61,174 nt of DNA. Origin: Gaiella sp. GTDB taxonomy: Bacteria; Actinomycetota; Thermoleophilia; Gaiellales; Gaiellaceae. Where the stretch lies: positions 1 through 61,174 of the forward strand of contig DASSJV010000137.1 of the NCBI GenBank assembly GCA_035691005.1, read 5' to 3'. Under the pieces are notes generated by a model that did not search any database, had not been told where the DNA came from, and saw only the letters and a list, made by a program, of their open reading frames with translations. The number at the start of each line of letters is the position of its first letter. Within the stretch, counting starts at the first letter, position 1. Made by a program: the position numbers and the translations under genes. Shown one piece after another: positions 36,174 to 46,690 of this stretch.

Positions 36174-39100
36174 CTAGGCCGCCCCGACGGCGGCAATCCG
36201 CTCCTGGAGCGAGAGCGTCGCCTCGGCACGCGCGTTCGCGATCGCGTGGACGGCGGCCGCGGCGCCGGAGACCGTCGTCACGCACGGGACGCGGGCGACG
36301 AGCGCCGCCTCCCGGATCAGGTAGCCGTCCGCCCGGGCGCCCGACCCCTGCGGCGTGTTCACGACCAGGTCGCAGCGCCGCTCGCGGATGAGGTCGACGA
36401 CCGTCGGCTCCCCCTCCTCGGCGTCGGCCACCTTGCCCACCTCGTCCACCTCGAGCCCGGCGGCGCGGAGCGTCCGCGCGGTCCCGGTGGTCGCGACCAG
36501 CTCGAACCCGAGTCCCGCGAGCGCCGCGGCGATCGGGGCGATGCTCGGCTTGTCCCCGTCGCGGACGGAGAGGAAGGCCACACCGGCCGTCGGCAGCGGC
36601 CGCCCCGCTGCCCGCTCCGCCTTCGCAAACGCGGTCGGCAGGTCGGAGGAGGTCGCCATCACCTCGCCCGTCGAGCGCATCTCGGGCCCGAGCACCGGGT
36701 CGGCGCCCGGGAAGCGCGAGAAAGGCAGCACGGCAGCCTTGACGCTTACCTCCGTCGGCCGCGGGGTCCGCAGGCCGAGCGACGCGAGCTGGTCGCCGTG
36801 CGCGAGACGGCACGCGGCCTCGACGAGGTTCACCCCGATCGCCTTGCTCGCGAACGGCACCGTGCGGGACGCGCGCGGGTTCGCCTCGAGCACGTACACC
36901 GTCGAGTCGGCGATCGCGAGCTGGACGTTCAGCAGCCCGACGACGCCGAGCGCCGGCCCGAGCCGGCGGACGACGTGCTCCACCTCGAGCGCGTTCGCGA
37001 GCGTGAGCGACTGCGCGGGCAGGACGCAGGACGAGTCGCCGGAGTGGACGCCCGCCTCCTCCACGTGCTGCATCACCGCGGCGACGAAGACGTCTTCGCC
37101 GTCGCAGAGCGCGTCGACGTCGATCTCGATCGCGTTCTCGACGAACCGGTCGACGAGCACGGGACCCGTCACCGCCGCCATCGCGACGCGCAGCTCCTCC
37201 TCGTCGTCACAGATCCGCATCGCGCGGCCGCCGAGCACGTAGGACGGGCGGACGAGCACCGGGTAGCCGATCTCGCGCGCCGCCGCGACCGCCTCCTCTG
37301 CGCCCTCGACCGTCGCCCAGGGCGGGCAGCGGACGCCGAGCTCGCGCGCGAGCGCGCCGAACCGCTCGCGGTCCTCGGCGAGGTCGATCGCGGCGTGCGG
37401 CGTGCCGAGGATCCGGTAGCCGCCGGCCTCGATGTGCCGCGCGAGCCGGAGGGGCGTCTGGCCGCCGAACTGGGTGACGACGCCGACGGGACGCTCCCGG
37501 TCGAGCACCGCGAGCACCTCCTCGGGCGAGAGCGGCTCGAAGTACAGCCGGTCGGAGGTGTCGTAGTCCGTCGAGACGGTCTCCGGGTTGCAGTTGACCA
37601 TCACCGCCTCGTAGCCGAGCGAGCGGAACGTCTGGACGGCATGGACGCAGCAGTAGTCGAACTCGATCCCCTGCCCGATCCGGTTCGGGCCCGAGCCGAG
37701 GATCACGACGCGCGGCGCGTCGCCGGCGGGCGGCACCTCGTCGTCCTCGCCCCAGGTCGAGTAGAAGTAGTTCGAGGACGCCTCGACCTCCCCGCCGCAG
37801 GAGTCGACGCGCCGATAGGAGGGTCGGATCCCCCGTGCGTACCGGGTGCGGCGCACGTCGTCGCCCGAGGTCCCCCACGCCGCCCCGATCGAGTCGTCGC
37901 CCCACCCGGCGCGCTTCGCGCGGCGGATGTCGCCGGTGCGGAGCTCCCGCTTGGCAGCCTCGAGCTGCTCGACGAACCACGGGTGCAGGCCCTCGGGGAG
38001 GTCGTCGATCGTCGCCCACGGCGTCGGCGAGCCTGGATCGAGCTCGCGAGAGCCGAACGCCTTGAGGAAGGCCTCGCTGAACGTCCGGCCGATGCCCATC
38101 GCCTCGCCGACCGACTTCATCTGCGTGCCGAGCGTCGTGTCCGCGCCCGGGAACTTCTCGAACGCGAAGCGCGGGAACTTCACGACGACGTAGTCGAGCG
38201 TCGGCTCGAAGCTCGCGGGCGTCGTCTTCGTCAGGTCGTTCGGGATCTCGTCGAGCGTGTAGCCGACGGCGAGCTTCGCGGCGACCTTCGCGATCGGGTA
38301 GCCGGTCGCCTTCGACGCGAGCGCCGACGAGCGGGAGACGCGCGGGTTCATCTCGATCACGCGAAGCGCGCCCGTCTCCCGGCTTCGGGCGAACTGGATG
38401 TTCGAGCCGCCCGTCTCGACCCCGACCGCGCGGATCACCGCGGCGGCCGCGTCGCGCAGCTCCTGGTACGCCTCGTCCGAGAGCGTCATCTGCGGGGCGA
38501 CCGTCACCGAGTCGCCCGTGTGGACGCCCATCGGGTCGAGGTTCTCGATCGAGCAAACGATCACGACGTTGTCGGCGCGGTCGCGGATCACCTCGAGCTC
38601 GAACTCGTCCCAGCCGCGGATCGACTCCTCGACGAGCACCTGACCGATCGGGCTCTCGGCCAGGCCCCGCTCGACCTGGCGGTAGAGCGCGTCGACGTCG
38701 TCGGCGAACCCGCCGCCGTGGCCTCCGAGCGTGAACGCCGGGCGGACGACCGCGGGCACGAGGCTTCCGTCGAGGTCGTCGAGCGACTCGACGATCCGCG
38801 ACTCCGGTACGGAGAGCCCGCAGCTCCGCACGGCATCGCGGAAGAGCTCCCGGTCCTCGGCCCGGCGGATCACGTCGACGCTCGCGCCGAGCAGCTCGAC
38901 ACCCAGCTCCTCGAGTACGCCGTCTTCCGAGAGAGCGATCGCGAGGTTCAGGGCTGTCTGCCCGCCCAGCGTCGGAAGGAGGGCATCCGGCTGCTCGCGG
39001 CGCAGCACGTCCGCGACGCCCTCGAGGTCGAGCGGCTCGATGTACGTCCGATCGGCGAAGCCGGGGTCGGTCATGATCGTCGCCGGGTTCGAGTTGACGA

Positions 39101-39236
39101 CGATCGTCCGGAACCCGTCCTCGCGCAGCACCTTGAGCGCCTGGCAGCCGGCGTAGTCGAACTCGCAGGCCTGGCCGATTACGATCGGCCCCGACCCGAT
39201 CACGCAGATCGAATGGAGATCGCGCCTAGCGGGCAC
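36174..39236 (-). CDS. carB: Carbamoyl-phosphate synthase large subunit
   Basis: [17 protein letters not shown], two ATP-grasp halves, [18 protein letters not shown] domain. Confidence 0.97.
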   Translation of the reverse strand: MPARRDLHSICVIGSGPIVIGQACEFDYAGCQALKVLREDGFRTIVVNSNPATIMTDPGFADRTYIEPLDLEGVADVLRREQPDALLPTLGGQTALNLAIALSEDGVLEELGVELLGASVDVIRRAEDRELFRDAVRSCGLSVPESRIVESLDDLDGSLVPAVVRPAFTLGGHGGGFADDVDALYRQVERGLAESPIGQVLVEESIRGWDEFELEVIRDRADNVVIVCSIENLDPMGVHTGDSVTVAPQMTLSDEAYQELRDAAAAVIRAVGVETGGSNIQFARSRETGALRVIEMNPRVSRSSALASKATGYPIAKVAAKLAVGYTLDEIPNDLTKTTPASFEPTLDYVVVKFPRFAFEKFPGADTTLGTQMKSVGEAMGIGRTFSEAFLKAFGSRELDPGSPTPWATIDDLPEGLHPWFVEQLEAAKRELRTGDIRRAKRAGWGDDSIGAAWGTSGDDVRRTRYARGIRPSYRRVDSCGGEVEASSNYFYSTWGEDDEVPPAGDAPRVVILGSGPNRIGQGIEFDYCCVHAVQTFRSLGYEAVMVNCNPETVSTDYDTSDRLYFEPLSPEEVLAVLDRERPVGVVTQFGGQTPLRLARHIEAGGYRILGTPHAAIDLAEDRERFGALARELGVRCPPWATVEGAEEAVAAAREIGYPVLVRPSYVLGGRAMRICDDEEELRVAMAAVTGPVLVDRFVENAIEIDVDALCDGEDVFVAAVMQHVEEAGVHSGDSSCVLPAQSLTLANALEVEHVVRRLGPALGVVGLLNVQLAIADSTVYVLEANPRASRTVPFASKAIGVNLVEAACRLAHGDQLASLGLRTPRPTEVSVKAAVLPFSRFPGADPVLGPEMRSTGEVMATSSDLPTAFAKAERAAGRPLPTAGVAFLSVRDGDKPSIAPIAAALAGLGFELVATTGTARTLRAAGLEVDEVGKVADAEEGEPTVVDLIRERRCDLVVNTPQGSGARADGYLIREAALVARVPCVTTVSGAAAAVHAIANARAEATLSLQERIAAVGAA

Positions 39237-40275
39237 GCAGACCCTCGACCCAGCCTTCGAGCACGGGCCACGCGTCGTGGGGCCCTGGCCCGGCCTCGGG
39301 GTGGAACTGGACGCTCGCCGCGCCGAGCTCGGGGAAGTCGAAGCCCTCGACGGTGCCGTCGTAGAGCGAGACGTGGGTCGCCTCGCTGCCTTCCTCGGGC
39401 GCGACCGCGAACCCGTGGTTCTGGCTCGTGACGAGGACGCGCCCGCTGCGGCGGTCGAGCACCGGGTGGTTCGCGCCCCGGTGGCCGAACGGCAGCTTCA
39501 CGGTCTCGTGCCCCGTGGCGAGGCCGACCAGCTGGTGCCCCAGGCAGATGCCCAGCACGGGCACACGGCCGAGCAGCGACCGCACCACGTCGGTCTCCTC
39601 GACGAGCGGCGCAGGGTCGCCGGGGCCGTTCGAGAGGAGCACACCGTCGTACGAGGCGAGCTGGTCGGGGTCGCTGACGTGCGGGAAGACGGTCACCGCC
39701 GCGCCGGCGCGCGCGAGGCGGCGGACGATCGAGCGCTTCGCCCCGTAGTCGACGAGCGCGACGCGGAGGTCGCCCTCGGGCTCCGCGACGTACGGGGCCG
39801 GCGTCGAGACCTGGGCGACGAGCGCAGCCCCCTCCATCGTCGGCTGCGCCCTCACGCGCTCGAGGGCGTCGGCGACGGGCAGCGCCTTCTCGTCGGCGAC
39901 GGCGACCGCGCGCATCGCGCCCTCGTCGCGGAGCCGAAGCGTGAGCGCGCGCGTGTCGACGTCGTCGAGCGCGACGACGCCCCGCTCGGCGAGCCAGAGC
40001 GCCCAGTCTTCCCCGCCCAGCCGGCGCATCACGACAGCCCGTGCATGCGGCGCCTCGGACTCCAGGCGGCCGTCGTCCACGCCGTAGTTCCCGACCATGG
40101 GCGCGGTGAAGCAGACGAGCTGCTCCGCGTAGCTCGGGTCGGTGACGGTCTCCTGGTAGCCGGTCATCCCGGTCGTGAACACGGCCTCGCCGAACGCGGC
40201 GCCCTCGGCCGCGACGGAGCGGCCCCGAAAGACGGTGCCGTCCTCGAGCAGGAGGTATCCGGTCGTCGTGCTCAT
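39226..40275 (-). CDS. carA: Carbamoyl-phosphate synthase small subunit
   Basis: [34 protein letters not shown]. Confidence 0.96.
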   Translation of the reverse strand: MSTTTGYLLLEDGTVFRGRSVAAEGAAFGEAVFTTGMTGYQETVTDPSYAEQLVCFTAPMVGNYGVDDGRLESEAPHARAVVMRRLGGEDWALWLAERGVVALDDVDTRALTLRLRDEGAMRAVAVADEKALPVADALERVRAQPTMEGAALVAQVSTPAPYVAEPEGDLRVALVDYGAKRSIVRRLARAGAAVTVFPHVSDPDQLASYDGVLLSNGPGDPAPLVEETDVVRSLLGRVPVLGICLGHQLVGLATGHETVKLPFGHRGANHPVLDRRSGRVLVTSQNHGFAVAPEEGSEATHVSLYDGTVEGFDFPELGAASVQFHPEAGPGPHDAWPVLEGWVEGLRAR

Positions 40276-40412
40276 ACCCGCTCCGGCGCCGGCAAAGCCG
40301 GCACCTCCGCCGCTTCCCCGCTTCGGCGGCGGCCCAGCCGCCGCCTTCGCTCCCTGACCGGCTCCGTCGAGCCTACGCCGGTTGGGTCGCCTCCGTCGAG
40401 CCTACGGCTCAT
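40272..40412 (-). mobile_element. Repeat/hairpin-rich insert in the pyrC/carA junction, read as a 46-aa bridging ORF
   Basis: ATG overlaps the pyrC TGA and its TGA overlaps the carA ATG; ATGAGC duplicated at both ends; 16-bp internal direct repeat and two hairpins. Confidence 0.65.
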
Positions 40413-41686
40413 GCGCCGAACACCACCCTGCCGTCCGCCACGGTCCTCACGACGGCACCGGCGAGCGTCCGGCCGAGAAGCCACGAGTTCGCGGAGCGCG
40501 ACCGGAACCCGTCCTCCCGGACGGTCCACTCGGCGTCGAGGTCGATCAGCACGAGGTTCGCCGGCTGGCCGACCGCGATCCGCGGCACCGGGAGCCCGAA
40601 CGCTCTGGCCGGCCCCGCCGACATGCGCTCGAGCACCGTCGCGAGCGGAACCTCGCCCTCGCGTACGAGGTACGTGTTGAGCGCGGCGAACGCCGTCTCG
40701 AGCCCGATCACCCCGAACGGCGCCTCCTCGAACGGAACGTCCTTCTCGTGGCGGGCGTGCGGCGCGTGGTCGGTGGCGACGCAGTCGATCGTCCCGTCGA
40801 CGAGGGCCTCGACGAGCGCGCGCCGGTCGTCCTCCGTGCGGAGCGGCGGGTTCATCTTCACGTTGGGGTCGAGCGAGCGGACGGTCTCGTCGGTCGCGCA
40901 GAGGTGGTGCGGGCTCGCCTCCGCGCTCACCGCGACTCCGCCGAGGCGGGCGCGGCGGACGGCGTCGACCGAGGCGCGCGCGGATAGGTGCTGCAGGTGC
41001 AAGGGGCGTGCCTCGTACGCCGCGAGCGCGAGGTCGCGCTCCACCATCAGCGTCTCCGCGATGGACGGCCAGCCGCCGAGCCCGAGCTCGGCCGAGACGG
41101 CCCCCTCGTGCATGTGGCCGTCGCGGGTGAGCGTCGGCTCCTCGCAGTGGAGGGCGAGCGGGCGCTGCGCGACCGCGCTGTAGGCGAGCGCGCGGCGCAT
41201 CAGCTGGGCGGACGCGACGGGCTTCCCGTCGTCCGTGAATGCGAGGGCGCCCGCGGCGGCGAGCTCGGCCATCTCGGTCAGCTCCTCACCGCGCTGCCCC
41301 TTCGAGATCGCCGCCGTGAAGCCCGTCGGGACGAGCGCCTCCTCGCGCGCGCGCTCGACGAGCGCCTGCAGGACGGGTGCCGTGTCGACGACGGGCTCGG
41401 TGTTCGCCATCGCGACGATCGCGCAGTAGCCGCCCGCCGCGGCCGCCTCGGTGCCAGAGGCGATGGTCTCCTCGTCCTCCCGGCCGGGCGTGCGCAGGTG
41501 CACGTGCGGATCGACGAAGGCCGGTGCGAGGACGAGGCCCGCCGGAGCCGCAGGGCCCGTCTCGACCGCCGTCACGATGCCGTTCTCGACGGTGACCGTG
41601 CCCTGCGCGTCGAGCCCCTCGCCCGGATCGACGATCCGGGCGCGGATCGTCAGCGAGTCGCGCCGGCCATTTTGGCACTGGAGCAC
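40409..41686 (-). CDS. pyrC: Dihydroorotase
   Basis: DPHVHLRTPG, MANTEP, LHCEE, HLS, KMNPPLR, ATDHAPH. Confidence 0.95.
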   Translation of the reverse strand: MLQCQNGRRDSLTIRARIVDPGEGLDAQGTVTVENGIVTAVETGPAAPAGLVLAPAFVDPHVHLRTPGREDEETIASGTEAAAAGGYCAIVAMANTEPVVDTAPVLQALVERAREEALVPTGFTAAISKGQRGEELTEMAELAAAGALAFTDDGKPVASAQLMRRALAYSAVAQRPLALHCEEPTLTRDGHMHEGAVSAELGLGGWPSIAETLMVERDLALAAYEARPLHLQHLSARASVDAVRRARLGGVAVSAEASPHHLCATDETVRSLDPNVKMNPPLRTEDDRRALVEALVDGTIDCVATDHAPHARHEKDVPFEEAPFGVIGLETAFAALNTYLVREGEVPLATVLERMSAGPARAFGLPVPRIAVGQPANLVLIDLDAEWTVREDGFRSRSANSWLLGRTLAGAVVRTVADGRVVFGA

Positions 41687-41688
41687 GG

Positions 41689-42642
41689 TTACGCGACCTC
41701 GAGCGCCGGCGCGGCGACGTGGAGGCCGGGCGCGGTGAGCAGGTCGTAGAGGACGGCCATCCGCACGACGAGGCCGGAGCGGACCTGGGTCGTCACGAGG
41801 GAGGCACCCGAGTCGGCGACGCGCGGGTCGATCTCGATCCCCCGGTTCATCGGCCCGGGATGCATGACGACCTGCCCCGGTCGCACCCGCTCGGGCGTCA
41901 CGCCGTAGAGCGCGGTGTACTCGCGCAGCGACGGGACGAAGGCTGCGCCGGGCTGCATCCGCTCCGACTGCATGCGCAGGACGTAGACGACGTCCACGTC
42001 CGCGATCGCCTCGATCGACGTCGCCACCTCGCAGCCCGTCTCCTCGATCCCGCGTGGGAGGAGCGTCGGCGGGGCGACGAGCAGCGGCTCGGCCCCGACG
42101 AGGCGCAGCGCCTCGACGAGCGAGCGCGCGACGCGGGAATGGAGGACGTCCCCGACGATCGCGACGGAGACGCCGTCGAGGCGACCAAGGGCCTCGCGGA
42201 TCGTGAAGAGGTCGAGCAGCGCCTGCGTCGGGTGCTGGTGCTTTCCGTCGCCCGCGTTCACGACATGCGCCTCGGTCGCACGCGCGACGAGGCCGGCCGC
42301 GCCGATCTGGGGATGGCGGACGACGACGACGTCCGGGTCGTAGGCGCCGAGCGTGAGCGCGGTGTCGCGCAGCGACTCACCCTTGTCGACCGAGGATCCG
42401 GACGACCGGAGGGTCATCGTGTCGGCGGAGAGGCGCTTCGCGGCGAGCTCGAAGCTCGCGAGCGTGCGCGTGGAGGACTCGTAGAACAGGTTCACGACGA
42501 GGCGTCCCCGGAGCGCCGGGAGCTTCTTCATCTCGCGGTCGAGCGTCCGCTCGAGGGCGCGCGCCGTGTCGAGGACGCGCTCGGCGTCGGTTCGTGTCAG
42601 GTCGGAGACCGCGAGCAGGTGACGGCGCGGCTCGGCGCTCAC
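41689..42642 (-). CDS. pyrB: Aspartate carbamoyltransferase catalytic subunit
   Basis: FYESSTRT, NAGDGKHQHPTQ, GDVLHSRV, MHPGPMNRG. Confidence 0.96.
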   Translation of the reverse strand: MSAEPRRHLLAVSDLTRTDAERVLDTARALERTLDREMKKLPALRGRLVVNLFYESSTRTLASFELAAKRLSADTMTLRSSGSSVDKGESLRDTALTLGAYDPDVVVVRHPQIGAAGLVARATEAHVVNAGDGKHQHPTQALLDLFTIREALGRLDGVSVAIVGDVLHSRVARSLVEALRLVGAEPLLVAPPTLLPRGIEETGCEVATSIEAIADVDVVYVLRMQSERMQPGAAFVPSLREYTALYGVTPERVRPGQVVMHPGPMNRGIEIDPRVADSGASLVTTQVRSGLVVRMAVLYDLLTAPGLHVAAPALEVA

Positions 42643-43229
42643 GACCGGCCCTCGGGAACGTGCTCGAGCAGGACCTGGTCGGCGCCGTCGGTCTCCTCGA
42701 GCTCGACGCGCACGCGCTCGTCGAGCGCCGTCGGGAGGTTCTTGCCGACGTAGTCGGGACGGATCGGGAGCTCCCGGTGCCCGCGGTCGACGAGCACCGC
42801 CAGCTGGACGCGGTCGGGGCGACCGTAGTCGAGCAGCGCGTCGATCGCCGCTCGGATCGTGCGGCCGGTGAAGAGGACGTCGTCGACGAGCACGCACGTC
42901 CGCCCCTCGAGCGGGAAGCCGAGCTCCGTGCCACGGACGAGCGGTTGCGCGCGAAGCGGCGCACCGCGGCCGCGGACGAGCACGTCGTCACGATGGAAGG
43001 AGATGTCGAGCGCGCCGATTGCCGGCTCGAGCCCACTCCGCTCGGCAACGAGCGCCGAGAGGCGGCGTGCCAGCGGGACGCCGCGCGTGTGGATACCGAC
43101 GAGCGCGAGGCTCTCGACGTCGTCGGTCCGCTCGATCAACTCGTGCGCGAGCCGGGCAAGAGTCCGCGCCAGCGCGTCACCGTCGAGAATCACACGCCCC
43201 CGGACGGGCGCGGTCGAGCCGTTCTCCAC
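42639..43229 (-). CDS. pyrR: Bifunctional pyr operon regulator / uracil PRTase
   Basis: GIHTRG, LDISFHRDD, VDDVLFTGRT, VDRGHRELPI. Confidence 0.95.
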   Translation of the reverse strand: MENGSTAPVRGRVILDGDALARTLARLAHELIERTDDVESLALVGIHTRGVPLARRLSALVAERSGLEPAIGALDISFHRDDVLVRGRGAPLRAQPLVRGTELGFPLEGRTCVLVDDVLFTGRTIRAAIDALLDYGRPDRVQLAVLVDRGHRELPIRPDYVGKNLPTALDERVRVELEETDGADQVLLEHVPEGRS

Positions 43230-43234
43230 CTCTG

Positions 43235-43270
43235 CTCCTTTCCGGCCTCGCTGGACCGGGTTAAAGGGAC
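43235..43270 (-). promoter_or_regulatory. PyrR-binding RNA element sequestering the pyrR RBS
   Basis: CCTTTAACCCGGTCCAGCGAGGCCGGAAAGGAG matches the CUUUAA...GUCCnGnGAGGC binding loop; TAGACT -10 just upstream. Confidence 0.85.
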
Positions 43271-43313
43271 GCGTGCGAGTCTACCGGCCTCGCCTGACAG
43301 GGCGAGCCACACC

Positions 43314-45413
43314 ATGACGAGCCGTCTTCACACGTTCCTCACGCGCCGTCGTGACGATCCTGCCGTGACCGGCTCGGAGACGGTTGCGGCGGACCCGCCG
43401 TACGCCCACGGGATCTCACGCATCGCGCTCGGGGTCGGCGGGCTCGTGGTCGCGTCGACTCTGATCCGCTTCGCGGTCGCCCAGGCGTTCACGACGCCCT
43501 GGATCGCTCCCGACGAGATGGTCTACGGAATGCTCGGCGAGGGCCTCTGGACGCACGGGACGCTGACGCTGCGCGACATCGACGCGCCGTACTACAGCCT
43601 CCTCACCCCCGCCCTCGTCGGCGCGCCGCTCCGCTTCCTCGACCTCGCGGACGGGATCCAGTGGGCGCGGCTGCTCCAGTCCCTCGCGATGTCGCTCGTC
43701 GCCGTGCCGACCTACCTCTGGGCGAGACGGCTCGCCACGCCCGGCTGGGCGCTTGCCGCGGCGGGGGTCACGCTCGCCGCGCCGGCGTTCCACTACGCGG
43801 GCTTCCTGATGACGGAGCCGCTGACGCTTCTCGTCGTCACGGTCGCGCTGCTGATGCTCGCCCGTGCGCTCGAGGAGCCGTCGACGTGGCGCTACGGCGT
43901 GTTCGTCGCATGGACGACGGCTGCTGCGGCGGTCCGGCTCCAGGCTCTCGTCCTCCTTCCCGCGTTCGTCGTCGCCGCGCTGCTCGACGCGGTCGTCGCG
44001 CGCGACCGGGGCCGCCTGAGGCCGCTTGCCCGCCTCGGTGTCGCCTCTGCGGCCGTCGTCGTCGCCGTCGCGTTGGTGGCGCTCGCGACGGGCGGCGACC
44101 TGAGCCGGCGCAGCATCCTCGGCGCCTACACCCCGGTCGGGGAGAGCGCGTCGGTCTCCGGCGAGGGGCTGGGGGAGATCCTCTGGCACGCCTTCGACAT
44201 CGGGGTGCTCGGGCTCGGACTGCCCGTGCTCGCGTTTGCGGCGCTCGCCGCCCGCTCGTTCTCGCGCCGCGATCCCGACCCGCGGCTCCGCGCCTTCGTC
44301 TCCACCTCGCTCGGCTATGCGGGCCTCCTCGTCGTGCAGGTCGGGCTCTTCTCCTCGGTCTACCTCGGCGCGGTCGCGGAGCGCTACCTCGTCACGCTCC
44401 TGCCGCTCCTCGCCGTCGGGCTATGCGCCTGGATCTCGCGCGGCGCTCCGCGCGAGCGCCGCGTCGTCGTGCCCGTGTGGGTCGCGCTGATCGCGCTCGC
44501 GGCGCTGGTGCCGCTCGAGCAGCTGCTGACGCCCGGCGCGATCGTCAACACCTTCACCCCTGCGCCGCTCGCCGAGCTCGACTCCGAGACCCTCCAGCGA
44601 CTCGCCCTCGTCGCCGCCGCCGTGGCCGCCGGAGCGCTCGTGCTCTTCGTCCCTCCGCGCAGGGCATGGATCTGCGCGGCGGTCGTCGGGATCGGCCTGG
44701 CGCTCGTCTCCGCGGACACCGTCCGGCTCGTGCGTGACGCCTCGGCGCACGAGGACCGGGCCGCAACGGGCTCCGCGCCGCCCGGCTGGCTCGACGACGC
44801 GGGGATCGACGACGCGACGCTGCTCGTGAACGGCGACCGCATCTGGACGTCGATCGCGCGTACGGTCTTCTGGAACCGGGCGGTCCGCGACGTGGTGCGC
44901 ATCGAGCCGGCTGAGCTGCCGTTCCCGCCCGACACGACGGCCGTGTCGGTCGGCGAGGACGGCCTGCTCCGCACGGAGGACGGCAGCTCCCTCGACCGCG
45001 GCGTGGTCGTCGCCCCGGACACGCTCACGCTTGCAGGCGAGCCGCTGCTGGGCCGGCCACAGGGCGACAGCGACGTTCCCGGCCTCACCGTCTGGCGCGT
45101 GGAGCCGCCGGCCCGGGTCGTCCTCAGTCGTGTCGGCTTCCTGCCGAACGGCGACTTCGTGCACAAGGCGCAGATCACGGTCTACCGGTGCCGACCGGGG
45201 ACGCTCGACGTGACGATCCTCGGCAAGAGCGGCAAGCCGGTGCGCGCCTTCGTCGACGGCATCCGGGTGGCGACGCTCGAGACGCCGGCCGGCACGGCGG
45301 CCGTGCACCGCATCCCGACGCCGCCGTATGCGAACGGGACGCACGCCTGCGGGTTCGAGCTCCAGACCCCCGGCTACGCGGGGTCGACCACGATCGTCTT
45401 CACTCCGCAGTAG
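43314..45413 (+). CDS. Polytopic membrane protein, GT-C (ArnT/PMT-like) glycosyltransferase-like, with C-terminal extracellular domain
   Basis: PWIAPDEMVY motif in the first loop, MTEP, ERY, many TM segments; start 43314 or GTG 43365. Confidence 0.7.
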   Translation: MTSRLHTFLTRRRDDPAVTGSETVAADPPYAHGISRIALGVGGLVVASTLIRFAVAQAFTTPWIAPDEMVYGMLGEGLWTHGTLTLRDIDAPYYSLLTPALVGAPLRFLDLADGIQWARLLQSLAMSLVAVPTYLWARRLATPGWALAAAGVTLAAPAFHYAGFLMTEPLTLLVVTVALLMLARALEEPSTWRYGVFVAWTTAAAAVRLQALVLLPAFVVAALLDAVVARDRGRLRPLARLGVASAAVVVAVALVALATGGDLSRRSILGAYTPVGESASVSGEGLGEILWHAFDIGVLGLGLPVLAFAALAARSFSRRDPDPRLRAFVSTSLGYAGLLVVQVGLFSSVYLGAVAERYLVTLLPLLAVGLCAWISRGAPRERRVVVPVWVALIALAALVPLEQLLTPGAIVNTFTPAPLAELDSETLQRLALVAAAVAAGALVLFVPPRRAWICAAVVGIGLALVSADTVRLVRDASAHEDRAATGSAPPGWLDDAGIDDATLLVNGDRIWTSIARTVFWNRAVRDVVRIEPAELPFPPDTTAVSVGEDGLLRTEDGSSLDRGVVVAPDTLTLAGEPLLGRPQGDSDVPGLTVWRVEPPARVVLSRVGFLPNGDFVHKAQITVYRCRPGTLDVTILGKSGKPVRAFVDGIRVATLETPAGTAAVHRIPTPPYANGTHACGFELQTPGYAGSTTIVFTPQ

Positions 45414-45440
45414 CGCGTGGAGGCGTCGGCGGGCGCGCGC

Positions 45441-45671
45441 TCAGCCCGGGAACGGGTCGTCCGGCTCGGTGAGCGCCTCGATCGCGTCGCGTGCCGCGTC
45501 GATCTCCTCGGACGCCACCAAGAGACGCACAGGGACGTCTCCGTGTTGCTCCGGGTGCTCCTCGACGGCGCGCTCTAGCGTCGAGGAGATCCCGGCCCTC
45601 GTGAGGAGGGACTGGAGCTCCTCGGCCTCGTCGACGCTGCCCGCCACCGCGACCTGCACGAGCGCTGTCAT
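45441..45671 (-). CDS. DUF2007-like small protein
   Basis: EAEELQSLLTRAGI...VRLLVASEEIDAARD pattern; ATGA overlap with rnz. Confidence 0.7.
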   Translation of the reverse strand: MTALVQVAVAGSVDEAEELQSLLTRAGISSTLERAVEEHPEQHGDVPVRLLVASEEIDAARDAIEALTEPDDPFPG

Positions 45672-46648
45672 GCCCCGGACCCTACATCCTCGGCCCGCTC
45701 GCGGCGCCCGCCCCGTGGGACGAGCGACGGTGGGCCGCGCTCGGGGAACGGCACGTCGATCACGTCGAAGTCGCGCGGGACGACGGTCTCCGCGAAGAGC
45801 TCGCGCGCCTCCCGTTCGACCTCTGAGCCGGCGTAGCGGGCCGAGACGTGCGTCAGCGCAAGCATCGCCACCCCCGCCTCGCGTGCGACGAGCGCAGCCT
45901 CGCCCGCGGTCGAGTGCTCGGTCTCGCGCGCCCGCGCGCGCTCCTCGGCGAGGAACGTCGCCTCGTGGACGAGGACGTCCGCGCCCGCCGCCGCCTCGAC
46001 GACCGTCGCCGCGGGAGCGGTGTCGCCCGTGAGCACGACCGAGCGGCCGCGCCGTGTCGGCCCGAGCACGTCGTCCGGCCGCACGGTGCGGCCGTCGTCG
46101 AGCGTCACGTCCTCCCCACGCTGCAGCGCGCCACGCGCCGGGCCGCCGGGAACGCCGAGCGCGTCCGCGGCCGCGACGTCGAAGCGGCCGGGGCGCACGG
46201 CCTCGCGCAGCGCGTAGCCGAGCGCGTTGCCGCCGTGCTTCACCGCGAACGGCTCGAGCCGGTAGCCGTCGCGCTCCATCGCGTCACCGGGCACGAGCTC
46301 GACAACCCGCAGCTCGTAGGTCAGCCGGCCGATCACGACGCCGAGCGCGTCGAGCAGGCCGCGCGTGCCGCGCGGGCCGTGCACGACGATGGGGAGCTCG
46401 CGGCCGCGGAGCGCGAACGTCTTGAGCATCCCGGGCAGGCCGAGCACGTGGTCGGCGTGGAGGTGGGTGAGGAAGACGTGCTCGAGGTCGACGAGGCCCG
46501 CGTCCGACCTCAGCAGCTGCCGCTGTGTCCCCTCGCCGCAGTCGACGAGCAGGCGGTCGCCGCCGCGCCGGACGAGCGTCGACGCGGTGCCGCGCGACGC
46601 CGTCGGTGCCGAGCCGGCCGTCCCGAGGAAGAGCAGGTCGAGATCCAC
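45668..46648 (-). CDS. rnz: Ribonuclease Z
   Basis: FLGT, DCGEGTQRQ, THLHADH, GP exosite, TGDT, HEATF, HST, LTHVSARY. Confidence 0.95.
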   Translation of the reverse strand: MDLDLLFLGTAGSAPTASRGTASTLVRRGGDRLLVDCGEGTQRQLLRSDAGLVDLEHVFLTHLHADHVLGLPGMLKTFALRGRELPIVVHGPRGTRGLLDALGVVIGRLTYELRVVELVPGDAMERDGYRLEPFAVKHGGNALGYALREAVRPGRFDVAAADALGVPGGPARGALQRGEDVTLDDGRTVRPDDVLGPTRRGRSVVLTGDTAPAATVVEAAAGADVLVHEATFLAEERARARETEHSTAGEAALVAREAGVAMLALTHVSARYAGSEVEREARELFAETVVPRDFDVIDVPFPERGPPSLVPRGGRRERAEDVGSGA

Positions 46649-46690
46649 GGGCGCCGATCCTAGTCCTGGCCCCGTCGTCGGGGCTGCCGG

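Noticed and set aside
40362-40406. 16-bp direct repeat as a CRISPR remnant
   Set aside because: Only two copies, 13-nt spacer, no cas genes
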